From NCBI RefSeq assembly GCF_004010195.1, contig NC_057718.1, positions 20,140,372 to 20,204,371 of the forward strand: DNA of 64,000 bases. Direction: 5' to 3'. Shown piece after piece: positions 10,435-23,904 of the stretch. The notes under the pieces are model-generated. The model saw nothing but the letters and a program-made list of their open reading frames with translations. It was not told the DNA's origin and ran no database searches. The position numbers were made by a program, and so were the translations under genes. Positions within the stretch are counted from its first letter, which is position 1. The number at the start of each line of letters is the position of its first letter. The DNA is from Chiloscyllium plagiosum. Lineage: Eukaryota.

Positions 10435-11988
10435 AGAGTACGAGAAGCAAAACCGATGATAAACTTAAATAAAATGGAATTTGCTAAAGCAGAGGTGACG
10501 TTCTTGGGACATAACATCAGTCATGGAAGGTTGACCCCACGGAACACAAAGACAAAGGCTATCGAGGAATTTCCATGACCAACCTCAAAGCAAGAGCTGC
10601 TTCCATTCTTAGGACTCAGCAGATTCTATCAGAAGTTTGTTCCAAACTCAGCAGTGTAGTGGCACCGTTAACCTATTTGCTGAAGAAGAACACAAAGTTT
10701 CAGTGGACAGAACAATGCCAGGAGGCATTTTGACCATTTGAAATTAATATTAACTTTTCAAAACCTTTTAAAGTCGCCATCAATGCTAGTGACATAGGAA
10801 TTGGAGCTGTACTCCTACAGGAAGATAAGGATGGGATTGAACTGCCAGTTGGTTACTCTTTGAAGAAGATCAACAACCGCCAGAGGAAATACTCCACAAT
10901 TGATAAAGAACTATTGAGTTTGGTACTGGCCTTGCGACATTTTAATGTGTACGTCACGAACAATGTATCAGAAACGGTGGTGTACATGGATCACAATTCT
11001 CTTACATTCTTACAACACTTTAAAGTTGAGAATATGAGACTATTTCATTGGAGTCTTATGTTACAGACTTTTAATTTAAACATCATTCATGTTGCAGGTT
11101 GTAAGAATGTAATCACAGATGTGTTATCGCGGATTTAACTGATAAAGTTTAGATGAGATTTGTATTTATTCAATATATATGGTGAACTTAGATTAAAGTT
11201 ATCAGTATGATACGGTAATGGGTTTAAAAAATAGAAAAAAAATGAAGCCATCTTTTCATTATGATAGTACTTTTTTTCTTAAGGGGAGGAAGGTGTTACG
11301 AAGATGTGGGAGTATTGTACCTTTAAGACAGTCAAAAGCTAGCAGGACTACCTGACAGCACCAAATGTTCTGAACAAGATACAATGTAACCTTTTGGTCT
11401 AGTAGCTAGGGTAGCTGGTTGCCTGTAAATGACAAAACTGATTTGAATTAGACCAATCAGTTTAAATTATACCCCGACAAAATACCAAACTCCAATCAAG
11501 TTTGAATTTAGTATATTGACACTCTTAAAAGCCAATGACACAATCCAATGCTTTTGTGGTATAAGGCCAGAGAAAATTGAACAGTTGAGGGAGAATTGCC
11601 AAGCCACCAGCATGTACAGACTGCCTGAAAAATAGTGCTCTTAAAGATACCTTTATTGATCAGTAACCCATGAAACAGAAATCCCTAAGAAGAAAAGAAG
11701 ACAGAGGAAGATATAATGAGAAGGTTCAATATCTGACTGGTTTTGAAAATTTAAATTTTTGATAAATATTCATTGGGGGTTTTATCAAACTAGTATTGTA
11801 GAAGGGGAGGTAAAAGATGGGTTAGAGAAAGGAGTTGTAAATAGTTTCTTAAAGTATAACAGACAACTAAGTTGTTAATTTTTAAATACTTCTTAGCTTC
11901 TTGGATTTTCACAGATTACGGCATGGGGTGTACCTTTTCTGTATGGCTGGTTTAAATTAAGCAGGAGGGTTTACCCTGTACTCTAACA

Positions 11989-12243
11989 GTAAGTTTGCAG
12001 AAGACACCAAAATTGGTGGTATAGTGGAGAGTGAAGAAGGTTAACCAAGACTACAAAGAGATCCTGATCAATTGGGTCAATGGGCTGAGGAATAGCAGTT
12101 GAAGTTTAATTAGATAAATGTGAGGTAATTTTGGCAAAAACAAACAAGGGGAGTACCTGTACCATTAATGGTAGGGCCCTGTGTAGTGTTGTAGAACAGA
12201 GAGACCTAAGGGTTCAGAGAATCATATAATCATAGAACCATAG
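11989..12243 (+). mobile_element. CR1 LINE fragment (continues from ~3350-3412, split by Gypsy copy A)
   Basis: ATGGTTAGTAA|GTAAGTTTGCAGAAGACACCAAAATTGG reconstitutes the CR1 'MVSKFADDTKIGG' motif. Confidence 0.8.
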
Positions 12244-12244
12244 A

Positions 12245-15200
12245 TGGCTTCATTTTTAAAACCCCTTAAGCTTAAATTGTTAGTACACCACAACACATAT
12301 ATTACATTGACTGTAATCATGCAAACATGTCCAACTACGTTTTGTTCCAGTCTGTTTTACTCCTGCCACTGAACACCTCCATTTCTCATTCAGGTCTCGG
12401 CAATGCGTCGGCAATCACATTTTCTCATCCTGCCACATTCACAGTTTTTAAATTGAATGGCTGTAACATCAAGGTTCATTTAAACAGTATGGAATTTTTG
12501 TCTTAAATTTCTCCACAATCTTCAATGGTTGTCTCAGATACATTACTGGTAACATAAACATTGGAATGTTATAATGCCAACACCAGGCTCAAAGTCTCCT
12601 TCTCAACTGTCAAATATTTCTGCTGATGAATGTTTAACTCCCTGGATGTTCAAATACTCAATCGGTCTTTCTATCTTCTCGTTGTCTTCTTGTAAGAGTA
12701 CAGTACTGACACCCACATCACTCACATTGATAGCCATCTTGAATGGCTTTGCGTAATTAGGTGTGGATATTACTGGGGCAGTGGTTAATACAGCTTTCAG
12801 TCTGTCAAATTCCTTTTGACTGTCCACTGAAACCTCTTGCCTTTCTTTAGCAATTCAGTGAGAGGAGCAACCACGCTGCTAAGATTTGGTACAAATTTTC
12901 AGTCAAACCTGCTCAATCCCAGGAACTGTAGTACTGCTCTTTTTGTCAATGGTATGGGAAACTCCCCAATTACATTTGGTTTTGCATTCCGAGGGGCCAT
13001 TTATCCACCTCCAATAACATGGCCCAGGAAGGTGACATGGGCTTTCACAAATTCACTTTTCGCCAGGTTTATCACCAAGCCTGCCCTCTGAAGTTGATTG
13101 AACAATTCTGATAAATATTGTAAATGTTCCTTCCATACGTGATTAAAAATCACCAGGTTATCAATCTAATCAACACAATTGGGTATTCCGAAATTACCTT
13201 CTTGATTAGTCTCCGAAATGTGGCTGGCACATTTTTCATACCAAATGGCATTACTTTAAATTGATACAGTCCATTTGGTGTTACAAAAGCCAAAATTGCC
13301 TTCCGTCTTTCTAACAAAGATACCTGCCGGTATCCTCTGAGCAAGTCCAACTTAGATTTACAATATAAGTTGCTTGTCCCATCTTTTCAACATAGTCTTC
13401 CAGACGTGGAATCAGAAATACATCAGTCTTTGTAATGGCATTGAATTTGTGATTAAAGCAAAAACCACAGTTCATGAGTTCTACCAATTTCTGTTCTCAA
13501 ATGTCACAGTAGAAAATGGTGAACGGTGCTTCCAATTTTTTTAAATAAAGAGCAAAAAAAAATTGGAATTGAAAAATTAAAAGAATATTCACTTCCAAAT
13601 GTAACTTAAATGTAACTGTAACTCACTTTGATTATGTCATCTTGGCGCATGCATTCAATCTCCTTTTGAACCTGTGCCAACTTTAGGGAGTTATGCCTAG
13701 AAGATGTTGCTTAATCGGAACAGTATCTCCTATATCTACATCATGCATAATTAAGTTAGTACTTTCCCAGCTTATTTCCACATACCTCCCCAAGCGATAG
13801 TAATAACTCTTTCAGGTCATTTCAATTTTCCTCTGAAGGTAACTCAATAATTTATCCCAATTTTTGACAACTTCCTTATTGTCCAATTTAATTTGAGGAA
13901 TGTCCAATTCAGAATCCTCTGAACTTGATTCTTCCCTGTGTCGTAACCAATAACACAGTCTCCTTGGCTTTCTTTCCCTGTCAAAATACCTTGGAGAATA
14001 TCCACATGACACACTCTGTGAGATTTCCTTCTGTCTGGAGTCCTTCTCAAATAGTTCACCTCACTCAATTTCCTTTTGACTTGATAAGGTCCACTGAACC
14101 TTGCTTTTAAACGTTCACCCATCAATGGAAGTAACACTAACACTTTATTTCCGATAGCAAAATTGCAAGTTTTTGATTTCTTGTCTGCTTTCTGTTTCAT
14201 TGTATGCTAGTCAATGATGTCTAGTCAAGTCCCCCGCTCTATTTAATCATTCCTGAAAATTTGACACAGTCCAAATATTTGGTCTCTGAATCCCAACTTA
14301 CCACTTCATGTCCAAAAGCTAATTTAAATGGATTGAATTTGCTCGATTCATTTGGTTCATCTCTGTTCGCAGAAAGTACAAATGGAATTTGCGTATCCAA
14401 ATCATCTAGATAGCCTTGACTATAAGCCATCAACATGGTAGTGCTCCCTGCGATTCTGGAAGGTATGCAGTAGATTTGAATTGTTTTATTCCTAAGCTGT
14501 CCATACCTCCTTTGAAAAATTTTGGTATGAAGTCTGACCCTTGATCTGATTGTATCTCTGTTGGTAGCCTGTATCTACTGGAAAATTTGAGTAACTCATC
14601 TACAATTCTTTCAGCTGTGATGTTGAATAATGGAATGGTCTCTGGAAATCTAGTGGACACATTCATTATTGTTAGCAAATCCTGATTCCCTTTTGTTTTA
14701 GGTAGGGGTCCTACGCAATCAATTAAGGCTCTTGTAAAAGGTTCTTCCATTGCAGAAATAGGTATTAAAGGTGCAGGTTTTATTACTGCCTGTGGTTTTC
14801 CAATCACCTGACATGTATGATATGTCTGGCAAAATTCAACTACATTCTTGTGCAGTCCAGGCCTGTAAAATGTTTTTGCATATTAGCTTGGGTTTTTCTT
14901 ACCCCAAAATGACCCCATACTAGTAGTTCATGCACCATTCACAATACCTTTGTTTCATAACTCACTGGCAATATGACTTGATGAACTTCTGCCCATTTCT
15001 CATCTGCCTGAATATATGATTGTATCCATTTCCTCATTAAGACATAGATTTTTAAGGTAGTAGCATTCAGGGATGCATTTGGATTCTTTATCCATATATA
15101 CCTTTTAATACAATTGTTTTAAATTTTCATCTTTCTGCTGTAACTCAGTTGATTTTTCTCTGAGCTAAAAATATTTGCTTTGTCATCTATCTCCTCCTGG

Positions 15201-17867
15201 TTTGTCTCAACCATTTGATCAAACAGGGTGTCTGCTAGTTCCACTTGAACTTTCTTATCTATACTCTTCGATCTCTCCTGTTTGTGACCTCATTACCACA
15301 TAGTCAGGAAAAATCCCAGGGTATGTGCCCTGCAATAGTTCAGTTGCCTGAGTTTCCACTGGCCTTTCAACCACAGTAGGCAGCGCTCCTACCTGTGAAC
15401 TAGCTATACTGTTAGCAAGGACAAATTGTATTCCTGGAGCTGAAAGTTTGTCCAGTACACGTAACATGACTTCTCCACTTTTCACTGGACGCTATAACCT
15501 CACTCTACATAATTGAGTGCTTTGTGTCTCACCGTGAATTCCGGTTGCTAGTACGTTTTCTGGGAATAGTCCTTCGGAGGTCCATATCACCACATCTTTC
15601 AACATCACAGATTGAGACGATCCTGTATCTCTTAATATTATAGCCTTTTTACCTGCTGCTCCTGGCCCATGCGAGTAAACTTTACCTTCGCAGGTATATG
15701 ATTTAAGCAGATCTGGCACTTCCTCCTTAAGCAATCACCAACCAAGTTGTACATTCTGGTGCAACTTTCTATCCTCCATTGTGCATTCCATTACCACTCC
15801 AACAAAATTCACTGGCTTATCCTGTTTTCCTGTATCTGGCTTCCCAATATTTTTCCTAACCCACCAACACTGTGATTTCATGTGGCCTACTTTATTGCAG
15901 TGAAAACACCAGGGCTTTTTAACTTCTCATTCCCCTTCAAAGGTTTCCTTTTTACCCTGTGGTAAGTTATCCTTATGATCTTCACCGAGATCAACCTTTC
16001 CCTTTCCACATGAGGATCTCTTTTCCCTAATTTCTATCCCTCATGGATTAAAATTGGTTTTGGAAGTCAAACCTTGATTTATGGACCAACTCAATCATCA
16101 GCCATTTCAGCTGCTCAACTTGCCGTTTTAACTCTCTACTCTTGCACATGAGTTCTCACTACTTCAGAAGGTGAATTTTTGAATTCCTCCTGTGTGTCTA
16201 AGAGCATCATAGGTTTGCTCTATTTTTGATGCCTTTATCCACCTATCAAAATTACTTTCAAACTCAGTGTAGGTTTGACCAGGTTCCTTAGATTTCTAAG
16301 CATTATCTGTCAACTTCTGGCACAAGCTCATACACAATTAAGATGGCTTTCTTCACCTCTTATATGCCCCAGATAGTCCTCTAATAGAGATGTGAATACC
16401 TCACTAGCTTTACCTACGAGTTTTGTTTGGATCAACAAAATCCACATTGTCACTGTCCACCTCATGTGTTTAGCCACCTTTTCAAATTAGATGAAAAGAC
16501 TTCCACATCCTTCTCATCAAATTTAGGCATTCCTGAATATATTTCAACAGTTTCTCACCAGGCCTCTGGCTATCATGGATTTTGCTCATCCTCACTTTCT
16601 TCCTCACCAAGCTTACTTCATCTCCATCCTTTTAAACTGATTTTTCTGTCTAAGTGCCAAAGTCCCCCTCTTTCTTCCTTTCCTCTCTCTCTTCTTTTTT
16701 CTCTCTTTTCTCTCTCTGTTCCCTCTCTTTTACTTGTTGTTCTGCTAAAGTGATTCTGTCCTTTTCTTTTTGTTCTGCTAGAGTCTTTCGTTCTTTTTCT
16801 CTTTCCTCTGCCTTTAATCATAATTCAAACAGTTCAATTTATGTAGCCCCTTCCTTGTCTTTTGCCTCTAACTCAAGCTGCTTCATTTTCAATTGAACTT
16901 TAGTCATCTATAAAGATTCTGAATGCATGTCCACCAAATCTAAATGCTGAGCCATTGCTGTAATTATCTTTCCTTTCCTTCCAGAAGGAGGCAGCTCCAG
17001 CTCCAGCTTGTCTGCTATTTCCAGCAGCTTGGCCTTATTCGCCTTTTGTAAAACTCCCAAAGTCACTTCTTCCATTCCCAGTGACTGAAAGAGCCATTGC
17101 TATCCCAAGCACTGTTTAAACCAATCGAAATCAATACCCAGAACAAAAGATACTAACACCTGCCACTAGCAGTCTTTGATTCCATCAACCCTAATCTCAA
17201 TTTGGAACTATTGAACAAATCCTGCAAAGAGCCCCCAATCCTTATGGACCAGGCCAAACCCTGTCAAAACATTTCAAGGAAGTAGCCTAAACCCTAACTT
17301 TGCTAGTTGTTTTAAGCAACGTGGATATTCCAGGAGTGATGCAGCTGGCCCAACCACTTAGTTTTAAACAAAACTTAATTTATTTACTAGATTACCGAAT
17401 GAAACACAAACAGAAAAGAACTGAATATGGAATAACTTAAACTATCCAAAAACCTAACAGATTATTCCAACTTAATGATGTTGTTCCAAACACTTGCAAC
17501 AATCCCCATAAACACCCCTGAGCAAAAAAGGTAAAATCAAACACATGGTCTGACAGGAGAGATGTCAGAGAAGGAAGGATCAACATGGACCTGTTCTTTG
17601 GGTCCAGCAGATTCACAACCTCTGCTTGCTAAAAACCAAACCAAACCAGAGAAAAACTGAGCTGGGAGAAATGGCCACTCTTTTCCATTGTACAAGTGTT
17701 TTGTTTAAACTTCAAAGCCCTTTTTCTGAGGCAGTATCTGTTAGCTATAATCAAATTAGCCATAAAACCCTTCAGACCTTGACTTCTCTGCAACTTTGTG
17801 TTTATGACTCCTCTGAAAAAAAACGCCAAGGACAACATAACCTTGTTAAAGGAGCAGCATCATCACA
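12245..17867 (-). mobile_element. Gmr1-like Gypsy LTR retrotransposon, second subfamily (copy B), 3' LTR missing
   Basis: 5' LTR ~17239-17867. PBS-like TGGGGGCTC (17237-17229). Intact CCHC knuckle CFHCNKVGHMKSQC at ~15910-15869, protease ILRDTGSS (ORF 15492-15734), integrase (ORF 14430-14807), then RT (13150-13350) and RNase H (12603-12827). Confidence 0.9.
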
Positions 17868-19646
17868 GTGTGGACTAGTTGGACTGAAGGGTCTGTTTCC
17901 ATGTTCTATGGCTATGACTCTTTGGCTACTGTAAAACTTGAACAAACTGAAAAGTAAAACAGTTTTGACATATTTGCTGACTCACTGTGGTTCCACTTGT
18001 TTCTTTTTGACATGGAGCACAATGTAGTTAAAATTGGTTTATGGACCTTTTGTGTAATCTTGACACTCTGCTTAACAGAAATTTGTGGGCAGGCCTCCTG
18101 CAATGTAACCTATCATGCCTTTACAGTACTTTACCCTGAAATTGGGATCTGGGAGTCTCATTCACATGACATGTGCTTGAGAATCTTACTATATGTGGCA
18201 ATGTTGCCTAGGCTGCTCCAAGCTTTCATTAAAACATCTTTTGTAATTCTGTGGTATACACGAATTGTATACAAAATCAGCAAATTCTGCTTTCATTAGT
18301 GAAAGAATTCTCCCAATTCACATTGTAGCACAATTAATTGCAATCCACGTAGGTGCTGTATCACTGCAGCTTGTAGGCCTTTTTGATGTCGTAAATGTAA
18401 CAGTTATAGAAGAGGCTATCCTGTGACAACAGAGAGAAATGTATTCAGCTTTAATTGGTTTCAAGCTGTTTAAATCTAATTACAATTATATAAGATGAAA
18501 AGAAAACTAAAAACTTAATCCAATATTAGCTCCAAAGTCTCACATTTTGTTAGTTCCAGGCTGGCTACGGAGAATAATGTAAACTTATGTGTTTAGTTAA
18601 GTTTTCATGTGGATGCCAGTACCTTTTCAAATGTATGGTCAAACATTCAAAATGCAGAAAGTCCGAGTGACTTTTTTTCTGAAATAAAAAGCATATGATT
18701 TTGAAGTGTGAAATCAGAAAGCTGATTTGATATTCCTTAAAAGAGGTAAAAAAATCAGTTTGAAATTCCTAAAAGAGAGAAGAATTTTGAAGCAAACATT
18801 TGGAAAAACATTGACTTCTGATATTACAAGCTATGCGGAAAGAAAAGAAACAGGTTAGCTTCGTTCTTAGAGTTGTAGCCTTTGTACCATTTTATCATTT
18901 ATAGACTTGGACAGGACAATAGAAACTCCACTTCAAAAAACCCATTGACTGTAAAGTGCTTTAGGATGTCCTAAGGTAAAGAAAGTTGCCTGATAAATGT
19001 ATTTTTTTTTCTTTCATCAGTATCCTGTTATGTATGTGTGTATACATTATTTGTTTGTTCATTTCTAAATTTACCAAGTATTTGTTAAGTTTAAAACCAG
19101 GTTTGTTGGAGTGGGAAAAAATACAAAATGCTGGAAACACCCTATAGGTTTTGCAGCATCTGTAAAGAGGGAAAAACAGTTAACGTTTCAGTTCAGTCAC
19201 ATAAAGATGTAAAGTGTTATGGTTCCAGCTCATAGTAATATTGGACAAGTCAGATCCCAAAGTGAAATTTTCCTTGATAAATTTTAAAATGTAAATTTTA
19301 TTATTGTAACTTGGTTACTATGGTGCCTCAGTCACTGAACATAGTTACAAGAGGCTGCCATTGTACTTTTGACAAAACCATGAGTATATTATATAATTTT
19401 TTTTAGAAAACAAAGCTATATACAACATACCTTGGAGAGATCATAACATAAACAGCAATACTCTTTACAGATATCACTTAAATCTTCACTCTATAATTTC
19501 TTATTCAATTGATGAAGTTATAAATAACCTATTTTCATTGAATTTCTGCACACAAATCTGATTTGGTTCTCTTCATTACTATCTCCCTAAGACATACAAA
19601 CACAGCATAACTCTGACTTTTCCTCACTGAACTCTAAGAAGAGCTC

Positions 19647-19941
19647 ACAGTGGTTAGCACTGCTGCCTCACAGCGCCAGAGACCCGGGTTCAATTCCCGC
19701 CTCAGGCGACTGACTGTGTGGAGTTTGCACATTCTCCCCGTGTCTGCGTGGGTTTCCTCCGGGTGCTCCGGTTTCCTTCTACAGTCCAAAGATGTGCAGG
19801 TCAGGTGAATTGGCTATGCTAAATTGCCCGTAGTGTTAGGTAAGGGGTAGATGTATGGGTGGGTTGCGCTTCGGCGGGGCGGTGTGGACTTGTTGGGCCA
19901 AAGGGTCTGTTTCCACACAGTAAGTAATCTAATCTAATCTA
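19647..19941 (+). mobile_element. tRNA-derived SINE (HE1-like)
   Basis: CAGTGGTTAGCACTGCTGCC...GGTTCAATTCC; ends in (AATCT)3. Confidence 0.88.
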
Positions 19942-19960
19942 AAAAGCTCAGGGTTTTTTC

Positions 19961-21226
19961 CATTTGATTTGATTTATTTGATTTGATTTATTGTTCTCAC
20001 ATGTACCAAACTACAATGAGAAGTATCGTTTTGTTTGCTAACCAGACAAATTATACCTTGCGTAAGTATATCAGAGTAATACAACAGAATGCAGAATATA
20101 TTTTCACAGCTACAAAAGTGCAGAGAAAGATCAACTCTAATATATGAGAGGTCTGTTCATAAGTCTGATAACAGTGGGGGAAAAGCTGTTCTTGAATCTG
20201 TTGGTTCATGTTTTCAAACTTTTGTATCTTCTGCCCTATGTATAAGAAAGTATAACTGGGGTGGGAAGGGTCTTTGAATATGTTGGCTGCTTTTCCAAGG
20301 CAGCGGGAGTGTCAATGGAAGGAAGGAATGTGATGAACTGGGCTGCAATCACAACTCTCTTTAATTTCTTGCAGTCTTGGGAAGAGCAGTAGCCACACCA
20401 AACTGTGATGCATCCAGATACGATGCTTTCTATGGTGCATCAATAAACATTGCTAAGAGTTGGTGTTGACATGCGAAATTTCCTAAGCCTTCTCAGGAAG
20501 TAGAGGTGTTGGTGTGCTTTCTTGACTGTAGAGTGGATGGACCAGGATAGATTGTTGGTGATATTTACCCCGAAGAATTTGAAGCTCTCAATCACCTCCA
20601 TCTCAGCACCATTGATACAGACAGGTTCAGGTCGCTTCCTGAATTCGATAACCAGCTCATTCGTTTGCAGACATTGAGGGAATGATTATTGTCTTAGTAC
20701 TATGTCACTAAGCTGTCTTATCTCTTTCCTGTAGATTATCTTGTAATTGTTTGAGATACAACCCACTACGGTGGTGTCATTTGCAAATTTGTAAATGGAG
20801 TTAGAGCTCAATTTGGCCACACAGTTGTGATTGCGTAAGGTGTATAGTAAGGTGCTGACTACAGAGCCTTGCCGAGCACCACAGTTGAGGATTATTGTGG
20901 ACGTATTGTTGCCAATTCTTATTGACTGTGGTCTGCAAGTCAGGAAGTCGAGCATCTAGTTGAAAAGGGGTAGAACAGACCTAGGTCTTGGAGTCTGGAG
21001 ATGAGTTTGGTTAGAATTATGATTTGAAGGCAGACTTAAAGTCAGCACAGTAAGTAGGAATCTGGTGTAGGTAGCCTTGTTATCCAAATGTTACAGGGAT
21101 GAGTGTAGGGAGATAGTGTCAGCCTTGGACCTATTGCAACAGTTGGCAAATTGTAGTGGATTAAGGCAATCTGGGAGGCTGGAGTTAAAAGTACCATTAC
21201 TAACCTTTCGAAGTACTTCATAATGA
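19961..21226 (-). mobile_element. Rex1/Babar-like LINE fragment
   Basis: ORF 20686-20955 (LDFLTCRPQSIRIG...GARQGSVVSTLLYTL...KFANDTTVVG) is a degenerate Rex1-type RT; (CAAAT)n tail at 19961-19990. Confidence 0.75.
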
Positions 21227-22627
21227 AGTCTACTTGGACTGCTAAAACAGTTTAGGATTTATTTTGACATCTGATGGCTTGGAGATAATCAAAATTAAAC
21301 TGCTCCTTCTGCAATAAAACTCAAGGCTGTGTTTACTGCCCAGTTTCCATGATTCAAAATTCTGCTTAGGGCTGAAACAGAATTACAATGGAAGAATAGA
21401 ATCTGGTCATCATGATCCAAGAGGTACGAATAACATAGACAGGACAATAAAACAAGTTCTACATAGTCAGGATGAAAGCTTCGCACCACATTAAGAAGCA
21501 GAAGCTCAAAAAGTCAAATGCAAATTGGCATAAAACAAATAACTTAGCAAAATAAGTGCATAGCTCAAAGGCTGTTTTAAGAGAAGTAGGCTCCAGTTTA
21601 TGAGTCACTGGCACCAGTACTGGGGAAAGTAAAGACTGTGTCACTGAGACAGTCAACATGTGAACAGTGCAGAGGCTGGATTCCAAGTGAATAAGTGGGA
21701 AGTACAGGATTTTTTAAATTAAATAGCGGAGGCCAAGGATTAAATTTGAGATGATGTGATAAATCAAGGAGTAAAGACAAGGGCAGAGAGAAGGAGGAGA
21801 AAATGCAGGAAATCATTAACAGACTTTGACAGTACAGAATAGACAGTATAAATCTAAGAATACATCAATAGATAAGGCTAGCAGTTACAAAAAGAATAAA
21901 CTGACAAACTAAAGGCTTTATTTCAGAATTTATATGTCATTCAAAACAAAATAGATGAACTCATAGCATAAATAGAAATAAACAATTAGCCACCACAGAG
22001 GCATAGCTACAGAATGACATAAATTGGAATCTGATCGTTGAAGAATGCATAATTTACATAAAGCTCAGAGAAACTGGAAGGTTGGCCCCTTCAATAAAAG
22101 TTTGTATTTGCACAATAGAGATGGTTCAGGAAACTAAGATGTAAAAGCAGTTTGGGCAGTGATGAAAAATGATAAGGCCGGAAGTTACTCGTAGGAGTGG
22201 TATACAGGTGGCTTAAAGAAACCACATGGTTGGAGGATATATAAAGGAATAAGTAATGGGAGCTGGTCAGAAAGGTATGGTGATAATCATGGGGAAATTT
22301 AATCTGCATGTAGAATGGAAGACTCAGATGGCCAAACATAGCTTAGATGAAGAGCTCATAGAATGTGGTCAGGATAGTTTCATAGAACAGCACATTCTGG
22401 AGCTGACCAGAAAGCATGTTAGACCACACCTGGTACTATGTAACAAGATAGATTTAATTAATAACCTTATATTGAGGGCACACCTAAGTAGCTATGATTA
22501 TAATATGTTTGAAGTTTATATTCAGTTTGAGAATGGCAAGTGGGGTCCAAGACAACCTACTTTAAACTTTAATTGTACCAACATGAAAGCAGAGCTAGCT
22601 AAAGTGAACTGGCAAACAAGGGTAAGG

Positions 22628-22831
22628 TAAAAACAATGACTGCAGATGCTGGAAACCAGATTCTGGATCAGTGGTGCTGGAAGAGCACAGCAATTCAGGC
22701 AGCATCTGACAAGCAGCAAAATCGACGTTTCGGGCAAAAGCCCTGATGAAGGGCTTTTGCCCGAAACGTCAATTTTGCTGCTCGTCGGATTCTGTCTGAA
22801 TTGCTGTGCTCTTCCAGCACCACTGATCCAG
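22628..22831. mobile_element. Fold-back PLE terminus insertion with hammerhead motif
   Basis: Inverted arms of about 80 bp; hammerhead at 22743-22770; 14-bp TSD AAACAAGGGTAAGG at 22614-22627 and 22832-22845. Confidence 0.85.
22743..22770 (+). ncRNA. Minimal hammerhead ribozyme motif
   Basis: CTGATGA-A-GGGC-TTTT-GCCC-GAAA-CG-TC. Confidence 0.65.
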
Positions 22832-23904
22832 AAACAAGGGTAAGGGACAGGTCAATAAGATGCAGTGACTGACGGTCATGGGACTATGTCAGAATATATC
22901 ATTGATACAATCCAAGGAGAAAATAACTTTCATGGTTAAAGTGTGAAAAATAAACTTATGGAGAAAATGTATAATTGCTAAAGATGCATAACAGGTCAGA
23001 AGATTAAAAAAGGCAAAGTGTGATAAAGTACTAATGTGTGAATAGAGTATAAGAGAAAGCTAGCTAAAATATAAAAACAGTAAGGCTTTCTGTAGACATT
23101 TGGGACAAATAGTGGAGAATAATGGCAGATGAATTGAACATTACTGAGGGTACAAATAACAGTCCAGAAATAGCTATACATTGGGAAATGGAAAGGAGGA
23201 AGGACTCAAAAAAATTACAGTTATAAAGGAAGTAGTTCAGCAAATGGTGAACTGCAGTTCCAACAAGTCCCTGCATCTTGATAGACTTCATCCAGGGGTC
23301 TTAAAGGAAGTAGAGAGAGATATTTGACATGGTTCTAATTTTTCAAATCCCTCTAGATTTTGGGAAGGTCTCATTGAATTTTAATTGCTTCATTAAGAAA
23401 AAGAGACAAAGCAGGAAACTACAAGCCAATTAACTTCTGTCAAAGTGTTGGAAGGTATTATGAAAAACATTATGGCAGAGCACTTTCATGGGTCAAATAA
23501 TGTGGAAATTAGTAAATTTGTGTTCTTAATTATTTGTTAATTGATCGGACATGTCATGTCTGATTTTGTTTTAAATCCCAAATACAGAGGAACATTAGGA
23601 AAAATACTCCAAGCTTGCAAGAAAAGCTTACAGAAGTAAATTTCCTTCGAGTGAGAGTTGGCCCTGTCACAGGCTGAGGCAAAAGATCACCTTGCACAGG
23701 GTAAGTATCCTGTTATACAAGCCTGAAAATTTATTTACACTAGTTTCATTTTCTTAAGGTGGTTTGCAAGGAACTTTGCAGTGTTTTTTGCCCTAATCGA
23801 CCTATGTTTATATCTGTTTACATTTTTTCTCCAGGAGATTGAATAACTCAATTTGGGTGGGGTGATTTATGTCTCTGAGTCATAAGGTTCCAGGTGTCCT
23901 TTTT

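Larger units (their letters stand above)
3413..11988 (+). mobile_element. Gmr1-like Gypsy LTR retrotransposon, decayed (copy A)
   Basis: 5' LTR 3413-~3853 (3'-truncated) matches 3' LTR 11294-11988 (TGTTA...TAACA). PPT AAGGGGAGGAAGG at 11281-11293. Internal order: Gag with SCAN-like motif (PEAYRQRFR...ILLEEFKNSLP, ~4800-5050), zinc knuckle ~5205, protease ILRDT ~5460, integrase (IIDCVGPLP...SDQ...SQGALERWHQTLK, ~6150-7000), RT ~9660-10130/10440-10700, RNase H to 11138. Many stops and frameshifts. Inserted into a CR1 fragment with GTAA on both flanks. Confidence 0.92.
21560..23480 (+). mobile_element. Degenerate CR1 LINE (endonuclease/RT N-terminal region)
   Basis: ORF 22256-22630 (VIIMGKFNLHVEW...SFIEQHILELTR...HLSSYDYNM) resembles the CR1 APE domain; later AGNYKPINF-like motif. 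Confidence 0.7.

Noticed and set aside
16618..16896. Low-complexity charged ORFs
   Set aside because: Purine-rich coiled-coil segment of the Gag of copy B, also seen at 28340-28460.
23588..23700. Plus-strand exon-like segment (TACAG ... GTAAGT)
   Set aside because: Stops in all three frames and no recognisable product; it could be non-coding but cannot be supported.
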